A DNA stretch of 62,546 nt, the filler included, from Stramenopiles sp. TOSAG23-6 (lineage: Eukaryota): assembly GCA_900128565.1 (NCBI GenBank). It is 6 parts of 6 records of this genome, joined end to end, with 100 filler letters (N's around TTAATTAATTAA, not from the genome) between each part and the next. Parts side by side here need not be neighbours in the genome. Positions count along the whole stretch, not along the records: positions 1 to 12,132 come from LT636215.1; positions 12,233 to 24,364 come from LT636216.1; 4 more parts are not named here. The stretch is one strand, 5' to 3'. This document shows, in pieces, positions 1 to 12,286 of this stretch (positions are counted from its first letter, which is position 1; every line of letters begins with the position of its first letter). The notes below the pieces were generated by a model. It did no database searches, was not told the DNA's origin, and saw nothing but the letters and a program-made list of their open reading frames with translations. A program made the translations under genes and the position numbers.

Positions 1-58
1 AATTTTGTACCTAACAAATTTTAGTTTTTTTTTTTTGAAATATTTTTCCAAAATAAAT
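1..58 (+). mobile_element. Introner-like intron, 3' part (ends ...AAATAAAT)
   Basis: TTTTGTACCTAAC core and AAATATTTTTCCAAAATAAAT end, followed by an open frame. Confidence 0.8.
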
Positions 59-3000
59 GTCTTTGCGTTCTGGAAAGGGACAAAACGTTTTCGCAAAAAT
101 TAGATGGTAATCATACAGATTGTATAACTTCACGAGATTTATTATTAAACTCATTAATGCAAATGTACGATTTGATTGGTGAAAAAGATATTGTACTTTC
201 TCTAATTAATAATTTATCGAAATATCCAGAAACAAAATTGGCTGTTGCTTCGGAGTTGCGAGGTGACATTCAGAAAGCTTACCAGTTGTATAATATTCAA
301 TTAGATAAAGAAGATCAACAAATAGTTAACCCAAGTAACATTGAATATTCAAAATGGGCAAATGGAAGAATTGGATGCTTAAGAACTCTGCAAATGTGGG
401 ATGACTTACATGACAACATACTCGCAGATGTTGATGGTATTCCAAATAACCTTTGGATTGAAGAAGGATGTATGTTTTCAGGATCAATTTTAAATTTATT
501 TTTTTTTCGTACGAAACTTTGTACCTAACAAAAACATTTACTAGAAAAAATATTTTTCCAAAATACTTGCATTGATACAATTGGAGATTATTTACGCTCT
601 TCGCTTCAACTGCATCAGCATCATAAAGAGTTGTTTGATTTTATTGATGCAGCCGCCGCAGATAAAACAAATTACCAAAATAATTCATTTAGTGGGTATG
701 TAGGGAAAAAATGGTCCTGGTTGAGAAGAAATCATCCAGCTGAATTAGCTACAATTTATATACTTAGAGAAGATTTTGGTAGAGCTGGAGCTATTCTTCA
801 AGATTTTTTTTCTGCAATGACAAAGCGATGGTGTAGTTTACATCAAATAGCGGGAGCTGCAAAATATCTAGAATTACGTAAACTTCAAAAAGTTGTTGAA
901 GTATTTGATTTTCTTGAATTTCAATCAAAGTGTAGCGACGACTCATCACCAAACGATATTGATATAAAAATATTATTAGGTCGGTGGAAATCGAGAATGC
1001 CATCGATTCAAGTAGATGACTCATTTACCTGGAGCGATGTTATGGGATTTCGTGGAATATTTGCTCAAATTTTGATCAATCGTCTGAATTTATTTGGAAA
1101 ACAATCTAAAGTTCGAGCGTGTAAAGTCGGTGAGGCAACAGCTTTGGGATTTTTAAAAGCATCTGAAGGATTGCTTGCACTTGGAATTGTTCCTGTGGCA
1201 AAAATGTATTTAAATAAAGCGAAACAAATTTCGACATCTCCAAATGCTTTTGATATGATTCGCGTAGAGACTGAAATAAATCGTTATGTGGCGGGTATGT
1301 TTTTTTTTTCAATTTTTTATCTAATTTTTTTTCATACGAAATTTCGTACCTAACAAAAACAAAAACAAAATATTTTTTCACAATAAATGTGTTACAAAAA
1401 TCGGGAAAATTAAATTACTTCAGCGGACCTTACAAATTGTAGATACAAATATTTCAGTGTTAGCAGGTACTATTGATCATATGAAGAGTGCGGAGTATTA
1501 TTTATTACGTGGCAATATTGCAAGAGACTTATTTAAGGCACTTTCAGATTATTCTGATGAAAAAAGAGACCAAAGACGAATAAGCCGAATGAAAGAGTCA
1601 CATGAAAATGCGTTTATTTGTTTTCAAAATGCAACAAAATCATCAATTAAAAATGTAACGGAAAGTCATATGTATGTTTTATTTTTTTTTTTAACGAAAA
1701 AATCGAATTTTTTTTTCGTACGAAATTTTGTACCTAACAAATTTATGTTTTTTTTTTTTGAAATATTTTCCAAAATACATCGAGACTTCTTTAAACAAGT
1801 ATACTGTTGAAAATAGATTGGATAATTTATCCTTGGATATGAAATATATGTATGAAGTTTCACAGCGTTGTTCTTTTGAATGGGCTTCATTTTGTGATTT
1901 GTCTATTCAAAAAATATGTTCGAATAAGAATCAAACTGTTCATGATACCAACATAGTTATAGGTGATACTACATATAATTTTGCTGTTATTGCAGTGAAA
2001 CAATATCTAAAATCACTTTCACTTGGAAATTTTAAGTCTAGTTCAAGAATTCCACGAATTCTGGAGTTATTACAAATATACCCATTTACACATTCAGTAT
2101 TTACAAATGAAACAAAATCAGTCCCTTCTTGGATGTTTTTAGGTTGGGTTTCACAAATGATGGCTAATATGGGAGAATCTCATGGTTTGATTATAGTTTC
2201 AGTTCTTGAGAGAATGGCAAAACATTATCCTCAAGCATTATTTTTTCCTTTTAATATATCACGATCTTCATTTGAATCTTCAGCATTGGGGAGATTACCA
2301 TTCCTTTTATCTTTACCTATTCTTGAGAATATGATTGTTGCATTTCATGGACTTCGACATCCACATCAAAGATGGTTAGATGGAATTAAGTCTATTTCAG
2401 AATCAATTGAAGATACAGATGTAGCAAAACAAATGTTGAAATGTGTGATGGACGACTGCCTTGAATCACATTCAAAAGTTGGCGTAGGACCTCTTATTGG
2501 TGAATACAATAGAATGTGGGCTCTTACGTTTGGTCCAAAACTTCGTAAAATATTTGATTTGAAATCGGATGGAAGTGTAAAAAAAATTGAAAAGAAACAA
2601 TTAAAGAAAGCAATATCTAAAGAAACGATTCAAATGTTTGAAGCTGGTGTCAAAAAAAGTAAAATGAAAAATGGTCTTGGTGTAAACTTTCGACCACCGC
2701 TTCGTTGGTTTTCTGATTGGCTTGATGATTTTGATGGCGTGCAACAATTTGCTGAACATGGTACAAATATTGAAATATTTGGTCAGTATGGAGCTGGGCT
2801 CTCAAGACCTCAACCTGAATTACACGCTCGCATTGAAAACTTTGGTCCAGAATTATTATGTATGAATTCTAAACAACTTCCAAAACGCTTACAAATTCGT
2901 GGATCCGATGAAAAAGAACGTTTTTATCTTGTAAAAGGTGGAGAAGATTTACGACTTGATCAACGAATAGAGTCGTTATTTTGTGCAATGAATAAAATTC

Positions 3001-4400
3001 TTTCTACAGATGCTGCATGTAAAAGTCGTAATTTACAGATTCGAACGTATGAAGTAATCCCAATGACTAAAACGATGGGTGTTTTACAATGGATATCAGA
3101 TAGTGTTCCGCTAAAGAGTGGAATAGAAGAAAGTATATTTCAATCCTTGAAAAGGCAAAATGTATTAAAAAAAGTGTCTCGTCATCGTCAAAATAGTAGA
3201 AAAAAACAAATTTTACAGAAATATGAGTTAACCAATTTGGAATGTGTAGGATTGCGTATACAAAATAATTTCTTAGCTACAAAGAAGAAATTTGGCCACC
3301 CTTTTGATCCAAAGACATATATTAAACTTATGGAATTTGGACAAGTCAAGGATTGTATTTCAAATTTCAATAATTGTGTAGACGATGTATGTTTTATTTT
3401 TTTTCAAATTCCAATTTGTTTTCGTACGAAATTTTGTACTACCACGAGATTTATTGCGACAAATTCTTTTTGATCTCACCAAAACACCAGAAGGCTTTCT
3501 AGCAATTCGAAAGAATTTTGCACAAACATTTGCAACATTTAGCATTGCTTCCTATATATTAGGTATAGGTGACCGACATTTAGCAAATTTTTTATTGGAC
3601 AAAACCAATGGATCGTGCTGTGGTATAGATTTTGGGTATTCTTTTGGTATTGGTTGTACGTTGTCCACTTTAATTTCATTTTTCATGCAAAATGTCGTAC
3701 CTAACAAAAAAAAACATTTTTTTGAATCTGAAGGTTTCTATGATTTTAGTAATATACCTAACAATTCCTAACAATACCTAACAAATGTCAAACGTAAAAT
3801 ATATATTTTCACAATAAATGCACTCTACCTGTACCTGAACTGACTCCTTTTCGTCTCACTCCACAATTTACGAATTTATTTCGCCCATTGGACTCGAAAA
3901 GTTTATTAAGTCAGTCAATGGTTGTAACTCTAGATGCATTACAACGAAATCGTTTGGAATTACTAAATATTATGGATGTTTTTGTCCAAGAACCACTCAT
4001 TGATTGGANAATTTCTGCTTCAAAAAGTAAACAAACTGAATCCTTACCATCATCTGTATTAAATATTTTGTCTAATAGTTCTAATAATTCTAATAGAAAT
4101 ATTGAGGATAGTTGGTATCCACGCAAAAAAATTGCCACGGCGGAGCTAAAGTTATTAAAAGGAAATCCATGTAAAATCATGATTGAACACGAAATACGTG
4201 GTCAATTACATCCATTAGCACGTAAACAACAGGATAAATATGAAGAATGTATTTGGGGAAATGAAAATTGCTCACGTCGAAATGTAAAACATAAAGATTT
4301 TTGTCCTGATGTTGAAACACAAGTGAAATATCTCATCGAAATGGCATCAGATCCAAATGTTCTTGTTCGACAATATGCAGGTTTTTCTCCATGGGTATAA
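59..4400 (+). CDS. PRKDC: DNA-dependent protein kinase catalytic subunit (PIKK), 3' part, 5'-truncated; exons ~59-469, 569-1294, 1389-1671, 1781-3386, ~3436-3655, 3820-4400
   Basis: Motifs MNSKQLPKRL, YLVKGGEDLRLDQRIE, ILGIGDRHLANFL, GIDFGYSFG, LPVPELTPFRLT, MDVFVQEPLIDW and a FATC end (DPNVLVRQYAGFSPWV*). Frames join when the repeat introns are removed. Confidence 0.9.
470..568 (+). mobile_element. Introner-like intron, GT...TT (or AT...AC if shifted 2 nt)
   Basis: GTATGT start and family core. Removing 99 nt joins EEG-C-IDTIG. Confidence 0.8.
1295..1388 (+). mobile_element. Introner-like intron, GT...AT
   Basis: GG|GTATGT...CACAATAAAT|GT joins YVA-G-VTKIG. Confidence 0.85.
1672..1780 (+). 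mobile_element. Introner-like intron, GT...AT
   Basis: AT|GTATGT...CCAAAATACAT|C joins ESH-I-ETSL. Confidence 0.85.
3387..3435 (+). mobile_element. Truncated introner-like intron lacking CTAAC and the 3' half
   Basis: GTATGT...TTCGTACGAAATTTT runs straight into exon VLPRDLLRQ. Confidence 0.65.
3656..3819 (+). mobile_element. Introner-like intron, GT...AT, with four CCTAACAA copies
   Basis: Removal gives SFGIGCTLPVPELTPFRLT, the conserved PIKK motif. Confidence 0.9.
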
Positions 4401-4527
4401 ATTCAATTGTATTCCAAACAAAAAAAACATTTTTACGATAAAGAGAAAACAATAACCAGATGATACATATTAGAATTTTTAAATGTATAGAATTTTTAAG
4501 TAAAATAAACTTTGTAATTTAGTAAAA

Positions 4528-5535
4528 TTAATGACCAATTCCAGTGACAAAACCTAAATCAGCATTTTTCTTTTGGAAACTTTTCTTCAACCAACCATTC
4601 CTATGTTCATCAGCACGGCGAAGATCTCCTAGTGGCAGTATTGGTTTATTTTCCTGTGCCATCTGAGAGTATCTTTCCAAATCTTCTGGCGTTCTTGCCA
4701 TTTTAGGATACCATAATTTACGGAGTTGATGTCTTTCATTCTCAGACATTGAACCAATAATTTCAGGACACATGTGAAAGAGTTGATGAACACAGAGAGC
4801 AGCAGCAACTGACAAATTTAGTGAATCAGCGAAACCATGAAGAGGCAAATATACTCGTTTATCTGCACCAGCTAATAATTCAGCACTAGCTCCAGTTGAT
4901 TCCGAACCAAAGCAAATCGCAAGCTTTTCTGGAAATTCATCAGAACTGCATCGTGAAGACGATAAACACTCGGCTTTTTGGCTCAAGTCAGTGACCCAAA
5001 CTTTTCTATTGTCAGCTTTTAAAGCAGCTAAACATTCTGCCGTAGTACCAAAAGCACGTACATCAACCCACCGCAGAGCCCCCCTAGCGTATGCACAATG
5101 ATCTTCTAACTCCTTTTGGTCATCTTTCCATTGATTCTTCTCCTTTCTTTTAGATCTTTGACCACCCGAACCGGAAGAGCCGTCCATTGCTGGAGGTGCA
5201 ATCACCCATATATGTTGAATACCCAGAGCCTCTGCAGTACGAATAATAGCAGTGTAATTGTGAGATTGATTACTGCGTTCAACAACGACAATTAATCGCG
5301 ATGTGCGGCGACGCAAAATAGTTTCAGCTTTTCTTAAAGTTCGATCCTTTCTTCCACTAATGTCCAAAAGTTCATGAGGAACAGTAAAAGTAGTTGCACC
5401 TATTGTTCCAAGTTTCTTTGCAGAAGTCTTTATTTTTTCTACTTGGGATTCAGTCAAACAGTATTTAGCAACAGTAGCACCGACTGTAGCTGCTGTGATA
5501 GCACCCGCGACAAATGAGCGTATATCATAAGTCAT
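4528..5535 (-). CDS. SpoU/TrmH-family tRNA/rRNA 2'-O-methyltransferase
   Basis: HNYTAIIRTAEALG, AICFGSESTG and YLPLHGFADSLNLSVAAA motifs. Confidence 0.9.
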   Translation of the reverse strand: MTYDIRSFVAGAITAATVGATVAKYCLTESQVEKIKTSAKKLGTIGATTFTVPHELLDISGRKDRTLRKAETILRRRTSRLIVVVERSNQSHNYTAIIRTAEALGIQHIWVIAPPAMDGSSGSGGQRSKRKEKNQWKDDQKELEDHCAYARGALRWVDVRAFGTTAECLAALKADNRKVWVTDLSQKAECLSSSRCSSDEFPEKLAICFGSESTGASAELLAGADKRVYLPLHGFADSLNLSVAAALCVHQLFHMCPEIIGSMSENERHQLRKLWYPKMARTPEDLERYSQMAQENKPILPLGDLRRADEHRNGWLKKSFQKKNADLGFVTGIGH

Positions 5536-5756
5536 CTTAAATTAACCCTACACTTTTGGAGGCTACAAGTATTTGCTACAATACGAATACGACTTCGAGT
5601 TCGGATTGTGCTGACTCTCTGGACGTACGTTTACGTAACGTCAAAGTTTCACAAAGTACTATACCTACTACTAGTAGCTAGCTTAGGCTAACAGTACTAC
5701 TATTTTTTCCACTTCGAAATGCGATTGATGATTTTTATATTGCAGTGATTTTTCAA

Positions 5757-7760
5757 ATGATAAATATTCCTGATAAGCGTACTACTACATTATCAGCCGA
5801 TGATATTGTTTTAAATAGAAAAGGAATAACTCTGAATGAGCGACATATGTTGTTTACGGTAAAGTGCACAAGATTAAAACTTGAAAAATTCGCCACTCCT
5901 CTCAAAATATCTGACATAGTCCGTCTACAGTTTTTTGCTCAAGATCTGACGATGAATGAAGTTGAAGAATATCAATTAAGAGTGACACAACAAGAATTAT
6001 TGGAGCATTTTGATTTTAATTCTGAACTGACTCCTCACTTTATATCTAAATCAATAATTCCAATGCTTGTATTTTTAGAAGGTTCAAGAGAGAAAAATAC
6101 ACCAAACTCAATCTTATTTGGAGCACCAGAGATGCATTCACATTTAAACACGCCAAAATATTCAGGAGAAAGTAAATATAATACATTGCTATCTGCTGAT
6201 GATGTTGGAAAGAATGCGAGACAACAAGAAAACAATGCAGCTACATTAATACAAAAACATCAGCGTAAAAAACAAGTTAAACGAAATAAATTACGCCAAA
6301 ACAATGCAGCTACATTAATACAAAAAAATGAAAGAAGACGAAAACAAAAACAGCACTTTTCTCATCATCGAGGGAAAATAGTACAACAACCAGTACGAAG
6401 AAAAAAAATACAACCTTGGGACAATAAAAGAAATTTGATTATAAGCATTCGATTATTAGGATTTCGTCTTTTCGAATTACCAATGCTAAAAATGGACTTG
6501 TTAAAGTATCAAAAAATCGCAGTTGGAATCGATTCTATAAAGGCTGAAAAATCACCAAAGTTTAAATCATCAGTAATTATAGTTTTCAAAGATTCGCATG
6601 GAATCGATGCGCGAGCTTGTGCCATAAGATTGCTAAAACTTGTATCAAGTAAACCTAGAGAAATGTTTGGGAAACCTTGCAAAGCAATAGCTTTGTTTCC
6701 CCTTCGGAGAAAGGAGGATCCAAGAAAAAGTCCAAAATCTATTCGTTTTCAACAAAAAAAACAACAACGAGAATCTAAATTAAATCGATCCTTGAAAGAC
6801 ACTTTTGCTATTATTAATGAACGCGAAAAGCAAATATCAAAAATAAAGCCAAGCCGTATAGAACAAAATCTGTCTTCTATAAGACTTCACTCTGGAGGTC
6901 GTATTTGCAAAATTATTCGCCCACCAAGAGAAAATATGTTCTCTTCCTCCTCATCATCAAAGATGTTGGAAGTAGCAATTAGAAAAACAGAAGAACAATT
7001 TAAGAATGTTTCTAATAAGAAAAATAGACTTATACATAAATCTTTAGGGAGGTATCCAAAAGCAAAATTAAGATACCATCTTACACCTTTGAATAGGCCC
7101 TTATCTGCATCACAGAAGCAAAAATCAAGTGCAAAATTACCAGTTTATTTGCGTCATGCGGTATGCACTGCCCGTAGATTTATGTCTAAGGCATCAAAAA
7201 GAAGAAGTAATCCATCAACAATAGTATCAAAAAAACGCCCAATGTCTGCAGTTTCATCAAAAAGAAGAAGTAATCCATCAACAATTGTATCAACACGAAA
7301 TACAGCAAAACATCAATTGGGTGCACCATTAATGCTATATAGGAATATCCGTCCTAAACTGGAACTGGATATATTAATGAACTTATTACGTCGATTAAAT
7401 ATTCAAAGAAAGAAATTAATAATCCATTTAGCAGAATGTAAAAAGTTAACAGAAGCTGAAAATTTTACAAAACGTTGGGTTTTTCGTGTTTCAGAAGTTA
7501 TAGCAGAAATCAAACTTGTAATGAGTGATCCAAAACAACCCTTTCCGGAATGGTTAGTAAATACTACTCTTGAAGGAAATGCTTCAAACAATAATGGAAA
7601 AATATCTAAAATATGTAAAACACGTGAAAGAAGAAATACTCATCTAGATCTGAAAGTTTTATTGAAAGAATCAAAATTTGAAAAAGACTTGAGAATAGCA
7701 GTACGCAAAAGTTTGCAAATGCATACAACAGAAAAATTTGGTAGAAATAAAAATGTATGA
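5757..7760 (+). CDS. Basic protein with two IQ calmodulin-binding-like motifs
   Basis: Long ORF with NAATLIQKHQRKK and NAATLIQKNERRR; first in-frame ATG at 5757. Confidence 0.65.
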   Translation: MINIPDKRTTTLSADDIVLNRKGITLNERHMLFTVKCTRLKLEKFATPLKISDIVRLQFFAQDLTMNEVEEYQLRVTQQELLEHFDFNSELTPHFISKSIIPMLVFLEGSREKNTPNSILFGAPEMHSHLNTPKYSGESKYNTLLSADDVGKNARQQENNAATLIQKHQRKKQVKRNKLRQNNAATLIQKNERRRKQKQHFSHHRGKIVQQPVRRKKIQPWDNKRNLIISIRLLGFRLFELPMLKMDLLKYQKIAVGIDSIKAEKSPKFKSSVIIVFKDSHGIDARACAIRLLKLVSSKPREMFGKPCKAIALFPLRRKEDPRKSPKSIRFQQKKQQRESKLNRSLKDTFAIINEREKQISKIKPSRIEQNLSSIRLHSGGRICKIIRPPRENMFSSSSSSKMLEVAIRKTEEQFKNVSNKKNRLIHKSLGRYPKAKLRYHLTPLNRPLSASQKQKSSAKLPVYLRHAVCTARRFMSKASKRRSNPSTIVSKKRPMSAVSSKRRSNPSTIVSTRNTAKHQLGAPLMLYRNIRPKLELDILMNLLRRLNIQRKKLIIHLAECKKLTEAENFTKRWVFRVSEVIAEIKLVMSDPKQPFPEWLVNTTLEGNASNNNGKISKICKTRERRNTHLDLKVLLKESKFEKDLRIAVRKSLQMHTTEKFGRNKNV

Positions 7761-7833
7761 GTTGTACCATATGACTAGTAGGCAACTGAAAAAGTTTATA
7801 AATAACAATAAAAAATTAAAAAATGTTTTTTTA

Positions 7834-8807
7834 CTAAAATCTTTGACCTATAGCAGCAATTCCATAACTCTTTTTTGGATCATAGACTCTAACATGTATT
7901 TTGGAAAAATATTTCAAAAAAAATCTTAAAAAAATTGTTAGGTACAAAATTTTCAAAAAAAAAAAATCAAAATTGAAAAAAAAATAAAACATACATGCGA
8001 CGATTTTTTATCTACTTTACATCTTGCTTGCGCATTTCCTGATGCTCGCAATTTAGCTTTTTCTCCCCAGATTCCCGTCTGGATTGTTGGTTTATACTGA
8101 CCGTTAGCACGAGAAATACTCTTTTGGGCCGGACCACTCGTTCCAATAGAACTTATTGAAAACGGTGTTTTTTTTTCACTCATTTGTATAAATTCTGAAG
8201 GATGACGAGCTTTCTGAAAACGTAAATAATCATTTTCCCTCCTCTGAAGAATAGCATCCTGCTGAATTTTATAATTATCTTTTTCATCTTTTCTTGTCAT
8301 TGATTGATCAATACTATCAGATGCTAAACTTTTTCCTGGATATAACTGGGCTTTTCTGTTCAAGGCATCACGTTGGTATTGCATCTCAAGTTCTAAACTC
8401 TCACTTTGAACTTTAGAATTTGTACGAGTTTTTTTATTTTCTGTGACAACCACACCTTGAATATGAAAAAAGTCTGGAGCAAGTGCAGACACACAACTAC
8501 CACCAACAGGTTTCACTTCTGTCTTATAGTCGTACGCCCACACACTTTGTTTTTTTGGCCTATCAACTCTAGCAACACCTGGAGTAAGCATGAATGCTGG
8601 TACATCATAAGAAATTGAAGAATCTTTATTTCTAGTATTTATTGCTGGATGAGGTTGTTTCTGAAGAGACTCATAATTATCCATTGCATATTCAGGACCA
8701 CAATCGAGGTATAACGTTTCACTTATATCACCCTTTATTCTAGGATTGACAACAATACCATTGATTTTCCAGTTATCTGGAACATCCGCTGACACAGCTG
8801 AATCCAT
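7834..8807 (-). CDS. Hypothetical protein; exons 8807-7995 and 7893-7834
   Basis: ORF interrupted by a repeat intron. Spliced end reads SSH-VRVYDPKKSYGIAAIGQRF*. Confidence 0.65.
7894..7994 (-). mobile_element. Introner-like intron, GT...AT
   Basis: CAT|GTATGT...CCAAAATACAT|GTT. Confidence 0.85.
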
Positions 8808-9124
8808 TATTATACAAAATCTATATGAAACGTTTCAATTGAAATTTATAAAGTCTGTCAGTAAAAAAGATTAAAGAAAAAGAAGGATATGAAAGAGGGA
8901 GAGAGAGGTCAAATCAATCAATAAAAATCGTTACATTAATGGTTACCCGGTAACTCACAGAATAAAAATGCTAAAAATGTCCAAAAAAAAACTTTTAAAA
9001 AAAGTGATAAAAAAGTGAATGGATGTCAAATTTATTCAAAAGAAAAACATGTCGAATAACATGTTCAATAATGTTTTGGCAGGAAAAATAAAACATTTCG
9101 ACAAATAACAAAAAATATCAAAAT

Positions 9125-12100
9125 CTAATTAAATCGCACAGTCTTTCGTGGTTTTTTTGTCTCAGTATCAAAATAAGACTGTCTCGGAGTGACTGGATAA
9201 TCTCTTGAGGGTGATAAAATACTATTCATACCCATGTCACCATAACTTGATTGTCGACGAATGCGATCAGCACGAGACAATCCGCCCTCTGATTGAGCAT
9301 CTCCTCGTAACCGACTAAATGGAATTCTATTTGTTTTCACAGGGGTAAACTTATTTGGTGTTACACTAGATCTATTATTATAATTTTCTCTATTCAATTC
9401 TCCATTTCTATTATTATTAAATATACTGTTTGGTTGTCTTGAAATCGTAGTCGGTGCCCCTAACCGACGCAAACTAGAAGGTTGATAAGTATTTTGTGTC
9501 GGGGACAAAGGTCCATTTGGAGAAGTACGTATATTCTGAGGTTTATTTCCATATCCCATTTGACACAATATATGATATACCCAAGAAGAAAATTTACCAT
9601 TAGGTCCTTCACAAAGCCAATGCTTTCGTTCATTAGCATCAACTTCCTGTCCTTCTCCTACTCGAACACCTTCTGTTTCAAACATAGTTTTCAATTTAAT
9701 TCTAACAGCTTCACGAGCATCAGGTTTGTGCGTATATACTTTATCGTGAATAGTAATATTAGTCAAAAGTACAGCAAGCGCCGTTTCTGCGATAGCCACT
9801 AATAATTTTTCAACCTTTGGACTACATTTTCTATGAAAAATCATGCTGCCACAGAAGCGAACACATGCACATATGTGACCAATACTAGGAGGGTCTAGAG
9901 AAGAATCTGATACAGAATAATCCAATGTTGGATAAATTGCATCCATTGGCATCGAATTATCAGTAGAATAAGGATTTGGTGTAATGACTTGAAGAACGCC
10001 TAATATATTACGAATAATTCGACGAAGAACATCTTCCACTCGTAATGCAAATTCCGATATTGTATCATCCTCCTTTTTTTTTTCGCGAAAATTCGATGAA
10101 GGTAAGGGTACAAATGTTTTTTTCAAAATTGGTTTGAGTGGTTTAGAATTACTCTTTGGGGTACTTGGAGCTTTTAGTGAAGACATTAAACCTTTGTTTT
10201 TCATTCTTGATAAAAGTCCACCAACTTTTTTAATAGATGTCTTCAATCTAGACCATCGCTTATGGGTTCTTTGTTGCATTTCTTGTCTACGTTCCAAATA
10301 CGAAATCGGGACAATTTTCTTTCTCGCAACCCAAAGGGCACTAGGATCCATTAATTCAACAAGACGTGGCAAAAGACGCCATGCAGATTCAATGAGCATA
10401 GCAAATTTACCTTCGGGAAATGCCAACTTTAATTTTTGCATATGATACGATAGCATATACATCAAATTTGAAGCTTGTTCTGCTTCCTCCAAAACTGCAA
10501 GAGTTAGAGGTAAAGAAGGACGTAAAGCCCGGCAAATGTCTTCACTATAAGCCATCACGAAATCTAAACCACACTGAATAATTGATTCTTGTTCTCTAAT
10601 TGATCTTGCTGAACTTCGAGCATGTGACAAAAATTCACATACAAACCCTAACGTTTTACACCAAAAACGATGCGCGAGATTTCTCTCGCCTCTTTCAAGA
10701 CCATACCCCCAACCGGAACATCGAACACGATGCTTTCTTCCACTCACTTCCGAAATTCGACCAGCACTCCATCGTTCTTCATACCTCCCATCACGTGATG
10801 CGAAGAGAGCTTTGAGTAAAGGATCCGTACATATCATGCCAATTAATTGTCTTGGCATTGCAACAGCTGCTCTAGCAGACTTCACTTTTACTATACCAGG
10901 ACCACTTCCTCCAACAAAACCATCTCCATCAATATCGAGATTCATTGACTCAGAATTATGTTTTAGTTCTGTGTCTAGACCATTCTTCGTTTTGAAGTCT
11001 GTTTTCGATGTATCATGGGAACGAATTGGCTTGAAAAGTGAAATAAAACAAGACAAAATTGCTTCTGCAGTTTCTATTGCTGCACTAGCACGACTAGATG
11101 TTGATGACTCATCTACAGCAGTTGTTTCTCGTACTGCTCCTGCCTCTATACCATCTGATACAGCGCCTCCAGATGCTGCTGCAACAGCCGTTGCTACCCG
11201 TAGAGTTCTAAATAGATTAGGAAATACACCTGCTGATTCAAGTAGTATTGCATCATTACGATAATCAGAATTCATCGGACGAACTGATAAAAGACAGGAA
11301 AGGAGCGTCGATGTTACAGAAAATATTAAATCTAAACCATTTTTCCCACTTCCTGATGTTTTACTCACAAATCCACCTGCTATTGCAGCTGCAGAACTAG
11401 TAACAGTAGATATCGCACCAGCTGATGAACCCCGCATTCCAGTAGTACCCTCTGCACCACCAAAACTATGACCCAAGACAGATTGTTGCCGCAATACATC
11501 ACATAACTTCTTTAGAAAATATAAGCGCAAGTCTTGAAATTTGATAGTAAAATCTTGTAGTGCTTTTTGATCCAATGTCTCAGCATTATTCGACGTCATA
11601 TCGGCAGCGGCTCGAAATAAAATAAGCACTGATGTCAGTAGCACACTTCTTGTATGTATCGCCATGCTTAGAAAATCAGTACCAGAATCCCTAATATTTG
11701 CCATCAGCGATCCACCGACAACAGAACGTGCACCACCACCTGTTAATCCTCCAGCACCAGCACCCGATAGAACAACATCTGAAATTTCTTTCAAACGACC
11801 CAAAAGACGAAGACATTGACGCCAATTTAATTGTTTTTTTGCACGAGCTTCAATCACTGCTAATCTTGGATCAGCAAATTTACGAGTTACATCATAAATT
11901 TGATGATGAATCATTCCTAATAGCATAGCACATAACTCCTGGGCAACAGCACGACGGGCGTATCCAATCCATTGTTCTTCTCCACGGCTAAGTAGTAATT
12001 CTGATACCATACTCATTATACCAAATGAAGTACCATCACCAGCAAAATGAGAATTTGAAGTAGAATTCATTGACAATGACGACGTTGCACGTTGTAACGA

Positions 12101-12132
12101 TGGCGGTTCAGCTAGAGATGAAGAACTAACAA
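9125..12132 (-). CDS. NUP188: Nucleoporin Nup188-like, C-terminal part (5' end lost at contig edge)
   Basis: Helical ORF of about 1000 aa. GLDFVMAYSEDI...TLAVLEEAEQASNLMYMLS resembles the Nup188 C-terminal segment as I recall it. Confidence 0.65.
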
Positions 12133-12232
12133 NNNNNNNNNNNNNNNNNNNNNNNNNNNNNNNNNNNNNNNNNNNNTTAATTAATTAANNNNNNNNNNNN
12201 NNNNNNNNNNNNNNNNNNNNNNNNNNNNNNNN
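12133..12232. other. Artificial contig linker (N-TTAATTAATTAA-N)
   Basis: 100-nt spacer with stops in all frames; same design occurs five times. Confidence 0.97.
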
Positions 12233-12286
12233 GGTACAAAATTTCGTACGAAAATAAATTCGAAATTGAAAAAAAATAAAACATAC
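12233..12286 (-). mobile_element. Introner-like intron, 5' half, cut by contig end
   Basis: CTT|GTATGT...TTCGTACGAAATTTTGTACC. Confidence 0.8.

Noticed and set aside
1666-1890. Short ORFs with recurring peptides [32 protein letters not shown]
   Set aside because: These are translations of the intronic repeat, not proteins.
157-4400. Stop-codon reassignment or programmed frameshifting to explain the broken ORFs
   Set aside because: Breaks coincide with repeat copies, and long intronless ORFs use standard stops.
59-4400. Causal link between the DNA-PKcs (NHEJ) gene and intron gain
   Set aside because: It is simply one of many host genes; nothing in the sequence supports a link.
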